DNA of 64,000 nucleotides from an uncultured Spirochaetota bacterium (GTDB lineage Bacteria > Spirochaetota > Spirochaetia > SZUA-6 > Fen-1364): positions 719,974 to 783,973 of the forward strand of contig CAVTHO010000004.1 in NCBI GenBank assembly GCA_963734545.1, written 5' to 3'. Position numbers and translations under genes: made by a program. Numbering within the stretch: the first letter of the stretch is position 1; every line of letters begins with the position of its first letter. The notes beneath the pieces are model-generated. The model did no database searches, was not told the origin of the DNA, and saw only the letters and a list, made by a program, of their open reading frames with translations. Below, piece by piece: positions 42,650-51,810 of this stretch.

Positions 42650-45079
42650 CTACCCTTTCCCCCGCGCGAACAGGTACGTCACGCAATCGCGCACGACCAC
42701 CTGAAATCGATTCCGTCCCTGGCGGAGCTCCCACGCGAAATCCTTGGGGCAGTCGTCGTAGCCAGGGCTTCCGCTCAACTCCGCGGGGTACCGCGGAAGG
42801 GCGGAGTTGGCGAGGTCGGCCGAGCCAGGGCTTCCGCTCAACTCCGCGGGGTACCGCGGAAGGGCGGAGTTGGCGGAAGGCCGACCAAGGCACGCCCCTG
42901 CGCCGGGGACGTGGCGGGCAAAGCAGCCGAGACTGTAGAAAAGGGGCGGCCTGAAATCAGGAGCAATGGTGACGAGGGGGACCTTGCGCGGTCCCTCAGG
43001 GAGCTGCGCCGGCCCGGCCCCGCACCGGAGTTCCACCTCCTCTCCCCTCCCTCCTTCGATCCAGGCGTAGGCGAAGAGAAGCCGCGGCACGCGTTCGCTG
43101 ATGAATGAAAGGGCGCGGCAATTGGCGACATACAGATAGAAGTCTCCGAAAAAGGACATGTTCTGCCACCCGCCGAGCGCAGCGGCAATCGCGAGATGCG
43201 AAATATTGTTGAGGCCGATGGCGAACCTGGTGTCCGGGTGCCTCTCCGCCAGCTTCTGCAACGCCTCCACCCAGAGGCCGTCGTCGAGCAGGACAGGAGG
43301 CAGCGGCAGCCAGCGATAGCCTGCATGCAGGAAGAGCTCCCGCGGATCGATCCTGCCGGGATCGGCCGCAACAAAGGGAACAGGAGCGCCATCCCCGGGC
43401 TCTTGTCGAGGCGCCATTGCCTGCCTGTGCGCAAGCACGGCGAGATCGTCGGGACTGATGACGCTCCCGGTATTCCGAAGAGGCGTCAACTCAGGCGGCT
43501 CGGCCGGCGGTCGACAGGAAGACAAGAATGCCTCGCCCAGGAATGCATAGAGCTCGTTCTTGGCCTTCTTGAGCTGGGAAGGCGGAACAAACACCTCGTC
43601 GTCCGCAAGGCCTGTCTCATTCGCAAATGACAGGTTTCCCGGCATGAAGACCGAGTCCCCGGATTCTCCCAGCATCCGTGCAAGTATTTCGACAAATGGC
43701 CTTTTCCTGGATGCCGCATCAATCGTCACGACCTGCTCGAAAACAGGGTACCCGGCGATCCGCACGGAAAAAACGCCTGACCTGCGCTCACCGTCCCTGG
43801 CGGCACTCGACAGGCCCACGCGCATGTCGAGGGGGACCCTGTAGAGCGGAAAGCCGGTCTCCTTCGGCATGGGAAGATCGAGGAATCGTGAAGAGAGATG
43901 CCGTATCTCGGCGCCGGGCGGCGGCAGGGCCGACCCTTCTCCCACATCGACGCTCACGGTCTCCCCTGCCCGGGCGAACTTCTTCTCACGGCCGGCCTTC
44001 ATGATGCGGGATACGGAAAAGATCAGCGGCTCCCGGTCTCCCTCAGGGAAGAAGCCGAGGCCATCTCGCAGCGAGAGGTCCGCGCCCAGACGAATGCGTA
44101 TTTCCCCTGCGCGCGCGCTTTCCACAGTGCCGAGCCTCGATCCCCTGTGCCCCGGGTAGCGTTGATCGATGAGCCGCGAGCCTGCTGAGCCGTGCAGCCA
44201 GCCGGTGGTCTTCTCCCGGGCAAAGCCGAGGTCAGCCCTGCGCACGAGCTCCGCGTATTCCTGCTCCGGCAAGTCTCTTCCGCGATCCAGGATCTCGCGG
44301 TACAACCTGGTCACGTTGTAGGCATACTCGGGTGACTTCATGCGGCCCTCGATCTTGAGGGCGTCGATCCCGATGTCCGCCAGCGCGAGCACTTCACGAC
44401 CCAGGAACAGGTCGCGTGCGCTGAAATAATATCCGGCCGGACCTTGAAGCCTCCCGCGTTCTCCCGCCTCGGCGTGGAAAAGGCTGCGGCAGATCTGGGC
44501 GCAGTCCCCACGGTTGGCGGATCTTCCCGTCAGCGCGGACGACGCGAGGCAGGCCCCCGAGAAACTGTAGCAGAGCGCTCCGTGAATGAAGACCTCGAGC
44601 TCGATGCCGTGATGCCGCTGCCTCAATTCGCGGATATGCTCCAGGGTAAGCTCGCGGGAGAGGATGACCCGCCGGATGCCCATCTCTTCCGCCACGCGCA
44701 GACCCGTGTCGTTGTGGACCGCCATCTGGGTTGATGCATGGACGGGGAGGCCGGGAAATTCCTTCCTCAACAAGTCGTACACGCCGAGGTCCTGGACAAT
44801 GACGCCGTCCACGGAGAGGGCGGCCAGCCAGTAGAATGTCTCGAAAAGCCGGTCGAGCTCCGCTTCGCGGACAACGGTGTTGACCGCGACGTATACTTTC
44901 CTGCCCGTGTCCGCCGCGAGCTGACGGATCCTCCGAAGCTGATCCATCGAGAAGTTCTGCGCCGCCTTCCGCGCGGAGAACTCCTTCAGCCCGAGATACA
45001 CACCATCCGCACCGGCCGCGAACGCGGCGTGTGCGGCGAGAAAGCTGCCGCCGGGGGCGAGGAGCTCCGGCTTCTTCAT
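42650..45079 (-). CDS. U32 family peptidase-like protein (RlhA/TrhP-type)
   Basis: PELLAPGG, GADGVYLG, HASTQM, FIHGALCYSFSGAC, NRGDCAQICR and LKIEGRMK. Confidence 0.92.
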   Translation of the reverse strand: MKKPELLAPGGSFLAAHAAFAAGADGVYLGLKEFSARKAAQNFSMDQLRRIRQLAADTGRKVYVAVNTVVREAELDRLFETFYWLAALSVDGVIVQDLGVYDLLRKEFPGLPVHASTQMAVHNDTGLRVAEEMGIRRVILSRELTLEHIRELRQRHHGIELEVFIHGALCYSFSGACLASSALTGRSANRGDCAQICRSLFHAEAGERGRLQGPAGYYFSARDLFLGREVLALADIGIDALKIEGRMKSPEYAYNVTRLYREILDRGRDLPEQEYAELVRRADLGFAREKTTGWLHGSAGSRLIDQRYPGHRGSRLGTVESARAGEIRIRLGADLSLRDGLGFFPEGDREPLIFSVSRIMKAGREKKFARAGETVSVDVGEGSALPPPGAEIRHLSSRFLDLPMPKETGFPLYRVPLDMRVGLSSAARDGERRSGVFSVRIAGYPVFEQVVTIDAASRKRPFVEILARMLGESGDSVFMPGNLSFANETGLADDEVFVPPSQLKKAKNELYAFLGEAFLSSCRPPAEPPELTPLRNTGSVISPDDLAVLAHRQAMAPRQEPGDGAPVPFVAADPGRIDPRELFLHAGYRWLPLPPVLLDDGLWVEALQKLAERHPDTRFAIGLNNISHLAIAAALGGWQNMSFFGDFYLYVANCRALSFISERVPRLLFAYAWIEGGRGEEVELRCGAGPAQLPEGPRKVPLVTIAPDFRPPLFYSLGCFARHVPGAGACLGRPSANSALPRYPAELSGSPGSADLANSALPRYPAELSGSPGYDDCPKDFAWELRQGRNRFQVVVRDCVTYLFARGKG
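42757..42880. repeat. Two identical 53-bp palindromic units (63-bp period) in-frame in the U32 gene
   Basis: AGCCAGGGCTTCCGCTCAACTCCGCGGGGTACCGCGGAAGGGCGGAGTTGGCG at 42760 and 42823; encodes ANSALPRYPAELSGSPG twice. Confidence 0.92.
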
Positions 45080-46200
45080 CTGCCCGCCCTGCCTGACAGC
45101 TTTGCCACGGCCTCGATGTGGGAAGTCTGTGGATAGAAATCGAACAGCCGCACGTCATCCAGCAGGAAAGCGCTCTCGCACAGCGCGCCGAGGTCCCGGG
45201 CAAGAGTGACGGGATTGCAGGAAACGTACACGAGGCGCCCGACGGCCGCGCCGCACAGCCAGGCGCGCACCTCGGCGCCCAGCCCGGCCCGCGGCGGGTC
45301 CACGACGACAGCGTCGAAGGGTCCCCGCGCCGCTCCCGACGTGATCCACTGCTCCACGCCCATGGGGAAGAACTCGTGGGCAGGTCCGACGACATTGCGA
45401 CGTGCGTAGGAGAGGCTCATGGCGCTCGACTCGACGCAGGTGATGCGGGGGAAACCCTCGGAAAGGAAAGAGCCGAAGAGCCCGACTCCGCAGTAGAGAT
45501 CAGCGGCCGTGCTTCCCGCGAGGCCTTCCAGGGCCCAGGGGACGAGCCTGTCCAGAACCGCGAGATTGGACTGGAAAAAACAGCCGACGGAGAACACGAT
45601 CTCCCGCCCGCAGACGCGCGTGGTGAGGTCGCGATGGTCATCGATTCCTTCCGTGGCCACGGAGTCACCGTTGCTGAACACGGTGAACCGGTCGAGGTTT
45701 TCCGGCACGCGCACCGAGCCGTCGAACACCCCGTCGATGGGGCGCGCCACGATGGGGCAGGTGTCTACGGGCACGATTCGATTGCTCCCGGCGCCCATGT
45801 AACCGAGCCGGCCGTCGCCGTCCCGATGCACTTGTGCCCGGGCGCGCGATCCCAGCGGCGCGGAAGGCTCGATCTCGATTGTGTCACGCGCAATCCGGCC
45901 GGTTCTCCGCAGAGCTTCGCGGACGATATTCACTTTTTGCGCGAGCTGCTCCTCGTAGCGGATGTGCAGCCAGTCACAGCCGCCGCACACACCGGCGAGC
46001 CGGCAGGGCGGCGGAACGCGGTGCGGAGACGGCTCGAGCACCTCCAGGAGCGCGGCCCGGTCGAAGTCCTTTCGCCGCTGCACCACGCGCACGCGCACCT
46101 TTTCCCCGGGCAGTACCCCGGGAACAAAAACGGCCTTCCCCTCCGCGTGTCCGAGTCCCTCGCCGCCGGCGACGAGCTTGAGGATCGAGAGCTCACTCAC
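45076..46200 (-). CDS. rlmD: RNA m5U methyltransferase (RlmD/TrmA family, TRAM domain)
   Basis: CGGCDW Fe-S motif, FFQSN, DLYCGVG, VDPPRAGL, YVSCNP and FYPQTSHIE. Confidence 0.88.
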   Translation of the reverse strand: MSELSILKLVAGGEGLGHAEGKAVFVPGVLPGEKVRVRVVQRRKDFDRAALLEVLEPSPHRVPPPCRLAGVCGGCDWLHIRYEEQLAQKVNIVREALRRTGRIARDTIEIEPSAPLGSRARAQVHRDGDGRLGYMGAGSNRIVPVDTCPIVARPIDGVFDGSVRVPENLDRFTVFSNGDSVATEGIDDHRDLTTRVCGREIVFSVGCFFQSNLAVLDRLVPWALEGLAGSTAADLYCGVGLFGSFLSEGFPRITCVESSAMSLSYARRNVVGPAHEFFPMGVEQWITSGAARGPFDAVVVDPPRAGLGAEVRAWLCGAAVGRLVYVSCNPVTLARDLGALCESAFLLDDVRLFDFYPQTSHIEAVAKLSGRAGR

Positions 46201-46297
46201 GGAAAGAAATGCCCCTCCACCACGCCGACAAGGATTCCCACGCCGCCTCCTGTGCGGACCCCGAGTGTAGCACCGGGGTCCGTGCGGGAACAAGAAG

Positions 46298-46350
46298 AAT
46301 CCGCGGAATACGGGAGTACCCGTTCGGGGAATACGCCGTACCGCGGCGCA
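46298..46350. repeat. 53-nt three-way-junction repeat, intergenic copy
   Basis: AATCCGCGGAATACGGGAGTACCCGTTCGGGGAATACGCCGTACCGCGGCGCA; homologous to 33595-33647. Confidence 0.8.
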
Positions 46351-46483
46351 TCTCCTGAAAAGCTACATTTCCGTAGCATGTGTCCCCGTTTTCCTACATT
46401 CACGTAACACGAAGAGATTGAGCGTCGTGAGACAGAATGGCCTAATCACCTATGTCATATACAATTATGGGAATTCCACATTC

Positions 46484-46499
46484 TGGCATGGAACTTGCT
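46484..46499 (+). promoter_or_regulatory. Sigma54 (-24/-12) promoter of glnA
   Basis: TGGCATG-GAAC-TTGCT, canonical GG-N10-GC spacing, about 90 bp upstream of the ATG. Confidence 0.85.
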
Positions 46500-46587
46500 A
46501 TTCAATAAGCGGGGAGTAATATCCCCAACCCCCCTCCTGTGGCGTTCGGCCGAAGCCCAGGAGGGGCTATAAAACAAGGAGGAATAC

Positions 46588-48014
46588 ATGAGTATCGGCA
46601 AGACACCGAAGGAGATCGTGTCGTTCATCGCGACGGAGAAGGTGGAGGTCGTGGACCTGCGGTTCATGGACTTCCCCGGCCTGTGGCAGCACTTCTCCAT
46701 TCCCGCGCGGGAGCTGACCGAAGAGGTCTTCGAGAAGGGGCTCGGCTTCGACGGCTCGAGCATCCGCGGCTGGCAGGCGATCAACGAGTCGGACATGCTC
46801 GTGAAGCCGGTGGCGGACACCGCGTTCGTCGACCCGTTCCTGGCGGCGAAGACCCTCGTGGTCATCTGCAACATCTGCGACCCGCTGACCGGAGAGGACT
46901 ACACGCGCGACCCGCGCAACATCGCGCGCAAGGCGGAGGCGTTCCTGAAGGGCACCGGCCTGGCCGATACGCCCTACTTCGGACCCGAGTGCGAGTTCTT
47001 CATCTTCGACGACATCCGCTACGACCAGAACGAGCACGAAGGCTACTACCACATCGACTCGGCCGAGGGACGGTGGAACACGGGCCGGCAGGAGAACCCC
47101 AACCTCGGGTACAAGATCCGCTACAAGGAAGGCTACTTCCCCGTCCCGCCCAACGACACGCTGCAGGACATCAGGAGCGAGATGATGCTCACCCTGGAGT
47201 CCATCGACATCCCCATCGAGGCGCAGCACCACGAGGTGGCCACGGGCGGCCAGTGCGAGATCGACATGCGCTTCAACAACCTGCTCACCATGGCGGACAA
47301 CGTGCTGAAGTACAAGTACGTCGTGAAGAACACGGCCAAGAAGCACAACAAGGTGGTGACCTTCATGCCCAAGCCGCTGTTCGGGGACAACGGCAGCGGC
47401 ATGCACGTGCACATCTCCCTGTGGAAGGGCGGCAAGAACCTCTTCGCCGGTGACGGCTACGCGGGGCTCTCCCAGATGGCGCTGCACGCAATCGGCGGCC
47501 TGCTCAAGCACGCGCCGTCGATCCTCGCCTTCGCCACCCCGACGACGAACAGCTTCAAGCGGCTGGTGCCCGGGCTTCGAGGCGCCGGTGAACCTCGCCT
47601 ACTCGCGGCAGGAACAGGAGCGCGGCCATCCGCATCCCGATGTACTCACCGTCGCCCAAGGCCAAGCGGCTCGAGTTCCGCTGCCCCGACCCGAGCAGCA
47701 ACCCGTACCTCACCTTCTCCGCCATGCTCATGGCGGCGCTGGACGGGATCCAGAACAAGATCGACCCGGGCCAGCCGCTGGACAAGGACATCTACGACCT
47801 GCCGCCCGAGGAGCTGGCCGCGGTGCCCAAGACCCCCGGGTCCCTCCGCGAGGTGCTCAAGGCGCTGCAGAACGACCACGAGTACCTGCTGAAGGGCGAC
47901 GTGTTCACCACGGACGTGATCGAGACCTGGATCGACTACAAGATGAAGAACGAGGTGCTCGCCCTGGACCTGCGGCCGCACCCGTGGGAGTTCATGCTGT
48001 ACTTCGATATATAA
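46588..48014 (+). CDS. glnA: Type I glutamine synthetase (frameshifts near 47570-47610)
   Basis: [37 protein letters not shown] and RLEFRCPD; adenylylation-site Tyr in [11 protein letters not shown]. Confidence 0.96.
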
Positions 48015-48035
48015 TTCAGGTCCTCCTGCCTCCGA

Positions 48036-48066
48036 CGGGGCCCTCGCGCGAGGGCCCCGCTTTTTC
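48036..48066 (+). terminator. Rho-independent terminator after glnA
   Basis: CGGGGCCCTCG-CG-CGAGGGCCCCG followed by CTTTTT. Confidence 0.85.
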
Positions 48067-48076
48067 TCCGATTCCG

Positions 48077-48559
48077 TCAGGCGCCGGCCATCGTCCCCGT
48101 GGACAGGTAGTGGTCAAGCTCGGATTTCCGACTGGCGAGCATTCTCCTGTATCCCTCCACGGAGAACCTGCGCCGCAGAATCTGCCCGCCCAATCGAGAG
48201 GTCGATGTGAACAGCATGCGCCAGGTGAGATCCGTGGAGGCGGCATCTCCTGCCTCCAGGGAAATGCTCAGGCGTACCACGGCGCTTTGGCCGCTCACGA
48301 TCAGGTACTCTATGAACCTGTTCGGCTCATAGGTGATCGTGGTCCATTTCGTTTTCTGCCGGAACGGTTCAACCGTCGTGAAGACGGCGTCTTTTTCAGC
48401 GACCCCGGAGCCGGAGTAATGCATCGTGCATGACCACCCGGGCAGCCAATCGTATTCACGTACCGGGCAGAGGAGAGGGAACACCTGCTCCGGCACCCCT
48501 TTCACATTGAATCTTTCGATCCGTTCGAATCTTTCGCCTTTCGACCATTTCGGTTTCAT
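48077..48559 (-). CDS. SRPBCC-like hypothetical protein
   Basis: PEQVFPLLCPVREYDWLPGW, YEPNRFIEY and ELDHYLSTG pattern. Confidence 0.75.
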   Translation of the reverse strand: MKPKWSKGERFERIERFNVKGVPEQVFPLLCPVREYDWLPGWSCTMHYSGSGVAEKDAVFTTVEPFRQKTKWTTITYEPNRFIEYLIVSGQSAVVRLSISLEAGDAASTDLTWRMLFTSTSRLGGQILRRRFSVEGYRRMLASRKSELDHYLSTGTMAGA

Positions 48560-48565
48560 GCGGAA

Positions 48566-48596
48566 AAGCTAAACTGTGAAGCGGTAGACGGGTCAA
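48566..48596 (-). promoter_or_regulatory. MerR-type promoter (19-bp spacer), probably leaderless
   Basis: Minus strand TTGACC, 19 bp, TAGCTT, 6 nt, ATG; imperfect dyad in the spacer; adjacent merR gene. Confidence 0.75.
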
Positions 48597-48599
48597 ACA

Positions 48600-49118
48600 C
48601 TATTTGTTGATTTTTTGAATCAGCTTTCTGATATCCGCGACGCCAAATCCGAGGTAGCGCAGGAATCGCCGGTGCGCCTCCGGCGACGCTTTCTCGAAAA
48701 CCCGGTGCACTCCCGCATAGTTTCCCGCCGTGATGCCCGCCTTTTCTCCCAGGCCCTTCAGCAGGCGCAGCCCCGGCCCGGCGCCTTTCAGTGTTCCATC
48801 CTCCTCGAGCATCCCGAGAATCGCTTTCTGCTGGTCCTTCAGCGCGTCGATCTGGCCATTGATGGCGAGCATGCGGGAGAGGAGGATGGGAATGACGCCT
48901 TGGTCAGGCCGTGACAGGTAGCCCCCTATCTTTTCCAGGGGAACTCCGAGACCGCGGAAGAGCATGATCTTTTCCAGTCGGTTCTTGTCCTCCTCGGAGT
49001 ACAGCCTGTAGCCGGCCTCCGATCTTGCGGAAGGAGAGAAAAGCCCGAGGGAATCGTAGTACAGCAGGGTCGAGCGCGAGACCCCAAAAAGCCTGCCCAG
49101 CAGGCCGATCGTGTACAT
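48600..49118 (-). CDS. MerR family transcriptional regulator
   Basis: YTIGLLGRLFGVSRSTLLYYDSLGL...SEAGYRLYS. Confidence 0.93.
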   Translation of the reverse strand: MYTIGLLGRLFGVSRSTLLYYDSLGLFSPSARSEAGYRLYSEEDKNRLEKIMLFRGLGVPLEKIGGYLSRPDQGVIPILLSRMLAINGQIDALKDQQKAILGMLEEDGTLKGAGPGLRLLKGLGEKAGITAGNYAGVHRVFEKASPEAHRRFLRYLGFGVADIRKLIQKINK

Positions 49119-49128
49119 GGGCTCCCGG

Positions 49129-50394
49129 CTACTTCACGTACTTGCGCGCTGCCCGCTGCAGCTCCGCGATGGTCCTGTCCACGTTGAGGTCGCAGACGAA
49201 AAGCGCCATGGCGTCCTGGATGTCGTTGACCCAGGACTCGGCCGCCGCGGCGCCATGCGTCACGCTCGGCACGATCGTGTCCGACCGGAAGGAATCCATG
49301 GCGGACTTCTGGTAGACGTCATAGAGGGTCCGGTCCCCGTCCGTCCGGGAGGGGATGGAGCCTTTCTTCGGGTTGAACGCGTCCTGCCCTTCGCGGGACG
49401 CCGCCACCGTCAGCCACTGGACCGCCGCCTCCCGGTCCGGGGCCCCCCGGGGCAGGCCGAAGGAGTCCGAGAGCATGAGGAAGCTGCCCCGGGTGCCCGG
49501 TGAGGGCGCCCAGCCGAACTCCTTGCCCGGGGTCAAGCCCTTTGCCTTGAAGTATCCCTCGGCCCAGTCGCCCATGATGGTCATGGCGCACTTGCCGTCG
49601 ATCACGTACTGCACCGCCGCGTCCCAGCTCAGCGCGCCATGGTCCGTGTTCACGTATCTCAGGAGAGAGGCGAACCGGGTGAGGGCGGCCCGCACCTCGG
49701 GGCCGCTCCAGTCCGTCGCGCCCGACCAGAGACCCTGGTACTTCGTGGGCCCCATGGTTCCCAGGAGCACGCTTTCCAGCAGGTGGACGGAGGCCCAGAT
49801 GCCGTTGTCCCCGAGGGCCAGCGGGGTGATGCCTGCGCGCGCAAGAACATCAGCCACCTCGAGCAGACCCTCGAGACTGTCCGGCGGCGTGAGATGGTGT
49901 TCCGCGAAGATCTTCCTGTTGTACCAGAGGATGTTGGATCGATGGATGTTCACGGGAACGCTGTAGATTTCCCCCTTGTACGAAATGATCTTGACCAGCC
50001 CGGCGGGGAAAGCGTCCAGCCAGCCGTTGTCGCGGAAAAGGAACGTGATGGGCTCCATCTTGCCCGCCACCACCCAGGAGTCGATCAGCTCGTGGCCGGC
50101 GTGGACCTGGAACGAGTCGGGAGGGTTCCCTCCCCGCATCCGGGTGACCAGCACGGACTTCGCATTGGAGCCCGCTCCGCCCGCAACCGTCGCGTTGATG
50201 ATACCCACTCCGGGATGCTTCTCATGGTAGATGTCGAACATGGCGGCAAGTCCCTCCGCCTCGCCCCCGGCGGTCCACCAGCTGAAGATCTCGAGGGTGC
50301 GTCCCCCGGTAGACTCACGGGCGCCGCCGGCAAAGAGCCCGCACGCGCACGCGGCGAAGATGAACACGGCGCACAAGATGCGCAGTCGTTTCAC
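49129..50394 (-). CDS. Sugar ABC substrate-binding protein (glucose-binding GtsA-like), no cognate permease adjacent
   Basis: LFAGG spirochaete-type leader; FSWWTAGGE, VPVNIHRSN, IMGDWA and FNPKKGSIP. Confidence 0.9.
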   Translation of the reverse strand: MKRLRILCAVFIFAACACGLFAGGARESTGGRTLEIFSWWTAGGEAEGLAAMFDIYHEKHPGVGIINATVAGGAGSNAKSVLVTRMRGGNPPDSFQVHAGHELIDSWVVAGKMEPITFLFRDNGWLDAFPAGLVKIISYKGEIYSVPVNIHRSNILWYNRKIFAEHHLTPPDSLEGLLEVADVLARAGITPLALGDNGIWASVHLLESVLLGTMGPTKYQGLWSGATDWSGPEVRAALTRFASLLRYVNTDHGALSWDAAVQYVIDGKCAMTIMGDWAEGYFKAKGLTPGKEFGWAPSPGTRGSFLMLSDSFGLPRGAPDREAAVQWLTVAASREGQDAFNPKKGSIPSRTDGDRTLYDVYQKSAMDSFRSDTIVPSVTHGAAAAESWVNDIQDAMALFVCDLNVDRTIAELQRAARKYVK

Positions 50395-50457
50395 GATAAG
50401 CTCCCTTCTCGAGCGTCCCGGCCGGCCCGCGCACAGGCGCGGCGCGCACCGCGCGTG

Positions 50458-51810
50458 CTAGAGTCCATGGCGCCGCATCTTTGCATAGAGCGTCTTCCTG
50501 CTGATCCCCAGACGGGCCGCGGCGCGGGAGACGTTTCCCTTGTTCGTTTCGAGCGCCGAGCGAATCAACTCTCTTTCCAGCTCGTTCATGTGACGACTCA
50601 TCGTCGTGGGCAGGTCGCCGAGAAGGGGGATCTCCCGCGCGCTCCCTCCCCCCTCGCCCAGCTCGAGGGTCGAAATCTCCTCTCCCTCGCTCAGGATGAC
50701 CGCGTTGGTGATGACGTTGCGGAGCTGGCGGATGTTTCCGGGCCACGGGTGCGTTTCCAGGCGCTGCATGAGGGCATCGGGGATGGTGCGCACGGCGCGG
50801 CCGTAGGTGGCATTCGCCTCCTCCACGAAAAGCCGCACGAGCTCGGGGATGTCCCGGGCGCGATCCCGCAGGGCCGGCAGGCGAAGGGTCACCGTGCTGA
50901 GGCGGTAGTAGAGATCCTCGCGGAAGACGCCGCTCGACCGCAGCGTGGTGATGTCCTTGTTTGTCGCCGCAATGAGGCGGCAGTACACGGAAACGGGCTT
51001 TGTGCCGCCTACCCTCTCCAGCGTGCGCTCCTGAAGCACCCGGAGCAGCTTGGCCTGCATGGCCAGGCTCATGTCCCCGATCTCGTCGAGAAACAGCGTC
51101 CCGTTTCCCGCCAGCTCGAACCGCCCGATCTTGCGCGCTGCAGCGCCTGAAAAGGCGCCTTTTTCGTGGCCGAAGAGCTCGCTCTCCAGCAGGTTCTCGT
51201 TGAGGGACGCACAGTTCAGCCCGATGAACGGCCGGTCGCGGTAGACCCCCGTGTAGTGGACCGTCTTTGCCACTACCTCCTTGCCGGTGCCCGTCTCACC
51301 CAGGAGCAGCAGCGGGACATCGGAATCCTTCACCTTTTCGACCACCCGCTCGATCTCCCGCACCTCGGGGGAGCAGCTTCTGGCCAGGCGCACCCGCGTG
51401 GCGGAACGCAGAGATTCTCGAAAAGCGAAGGTCGCCATCCGATCGTTCATCGCGGACCGTTCCTTTTCCAGAACGGAGAGCAGCAGCGGATGATCGATGG
51501 GTTTTGAAATGTAGTTGGACGCGCCTGCCTTCATGCACTCCACTGCGCTCGTCACGTCCCCGTGCCCCGTGATGATGATCACGGGAATCGACGGCTCCTC
51601 GGCCTTCAGCTCCCGCAGGAACGCCACCCCGTCCTCCTCGCCGAGCCGCAGGTCGAGGAGGAGCAGATGGATTTCGGCGCGCGCGAGGATCTTCCGGGCC
51701 TCCGCCGCGCTCGCCGCTTCCTGCGTATGGTAGCCCTCGAGCCCCAGGAGCTTGGCAAGCCCGCTGCGAAGGCCCGGCTCGTCATCCACTATCAGGATGT
51801 TCATGTACAC
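50458..51810 (-). CDS. Sigma54-dependent response regulator (NtrC/AtoC family)
   Basis: REC domain (ILIVDDE, LLDLRL); [35 protein letters not shown]; Fis-type HTH. Confidence 0.95.
   Translation of the reverse strand: MYMNILIVDDEPGLRSGLAKLLGLEGYHTQEAASAAEARKILARAEIHLLLLDLRLGEEDGVAFLRELKAEEPSIPVIIITGHGDVTSAVECMKAGASNYISKPIDHPLLLSVLEKERSAMNDRMATFAFRESLRSATRVRLARSCSPEVREIERVVEKVKDSDVPLLLLGETGTGKEVVAKTVHYTGVYRDRPFIGLNCASLNENLLESELFGHEKGAFSGAAARKIGRFELAGNGTLFLDEIGDMSLAMQAKLLRVLQERTLERVGGTKPVSVYCRLIAATNKDITTLRSSGVFREDLYYRLSTVTLRLPALRDRARDIPELVRLFVEEANATYGRAVRTIPDALMQRLETHPWPGNIRQLRNVITNAVILSEGEEISTLELGEGGGSAREIPLLGDLPTTMSRHMNELERELIRSALETNKGNVSRAAARLGISRKTLYAKMRRHGL

Noticed and set aside
42760-42875. 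CRISPR repeat pair
   Set aside because: 53-bp units with a 10-bp gap, in-frame in a CDS; no spacers or cas genes.
46511-46570. Canonical glutamine (glnA) riboswitch
   Set aside because: Contains CGTTC but lacks the recognisable GGAAGTA/GAAGGAACG elements; kept only as an unassigned leader.
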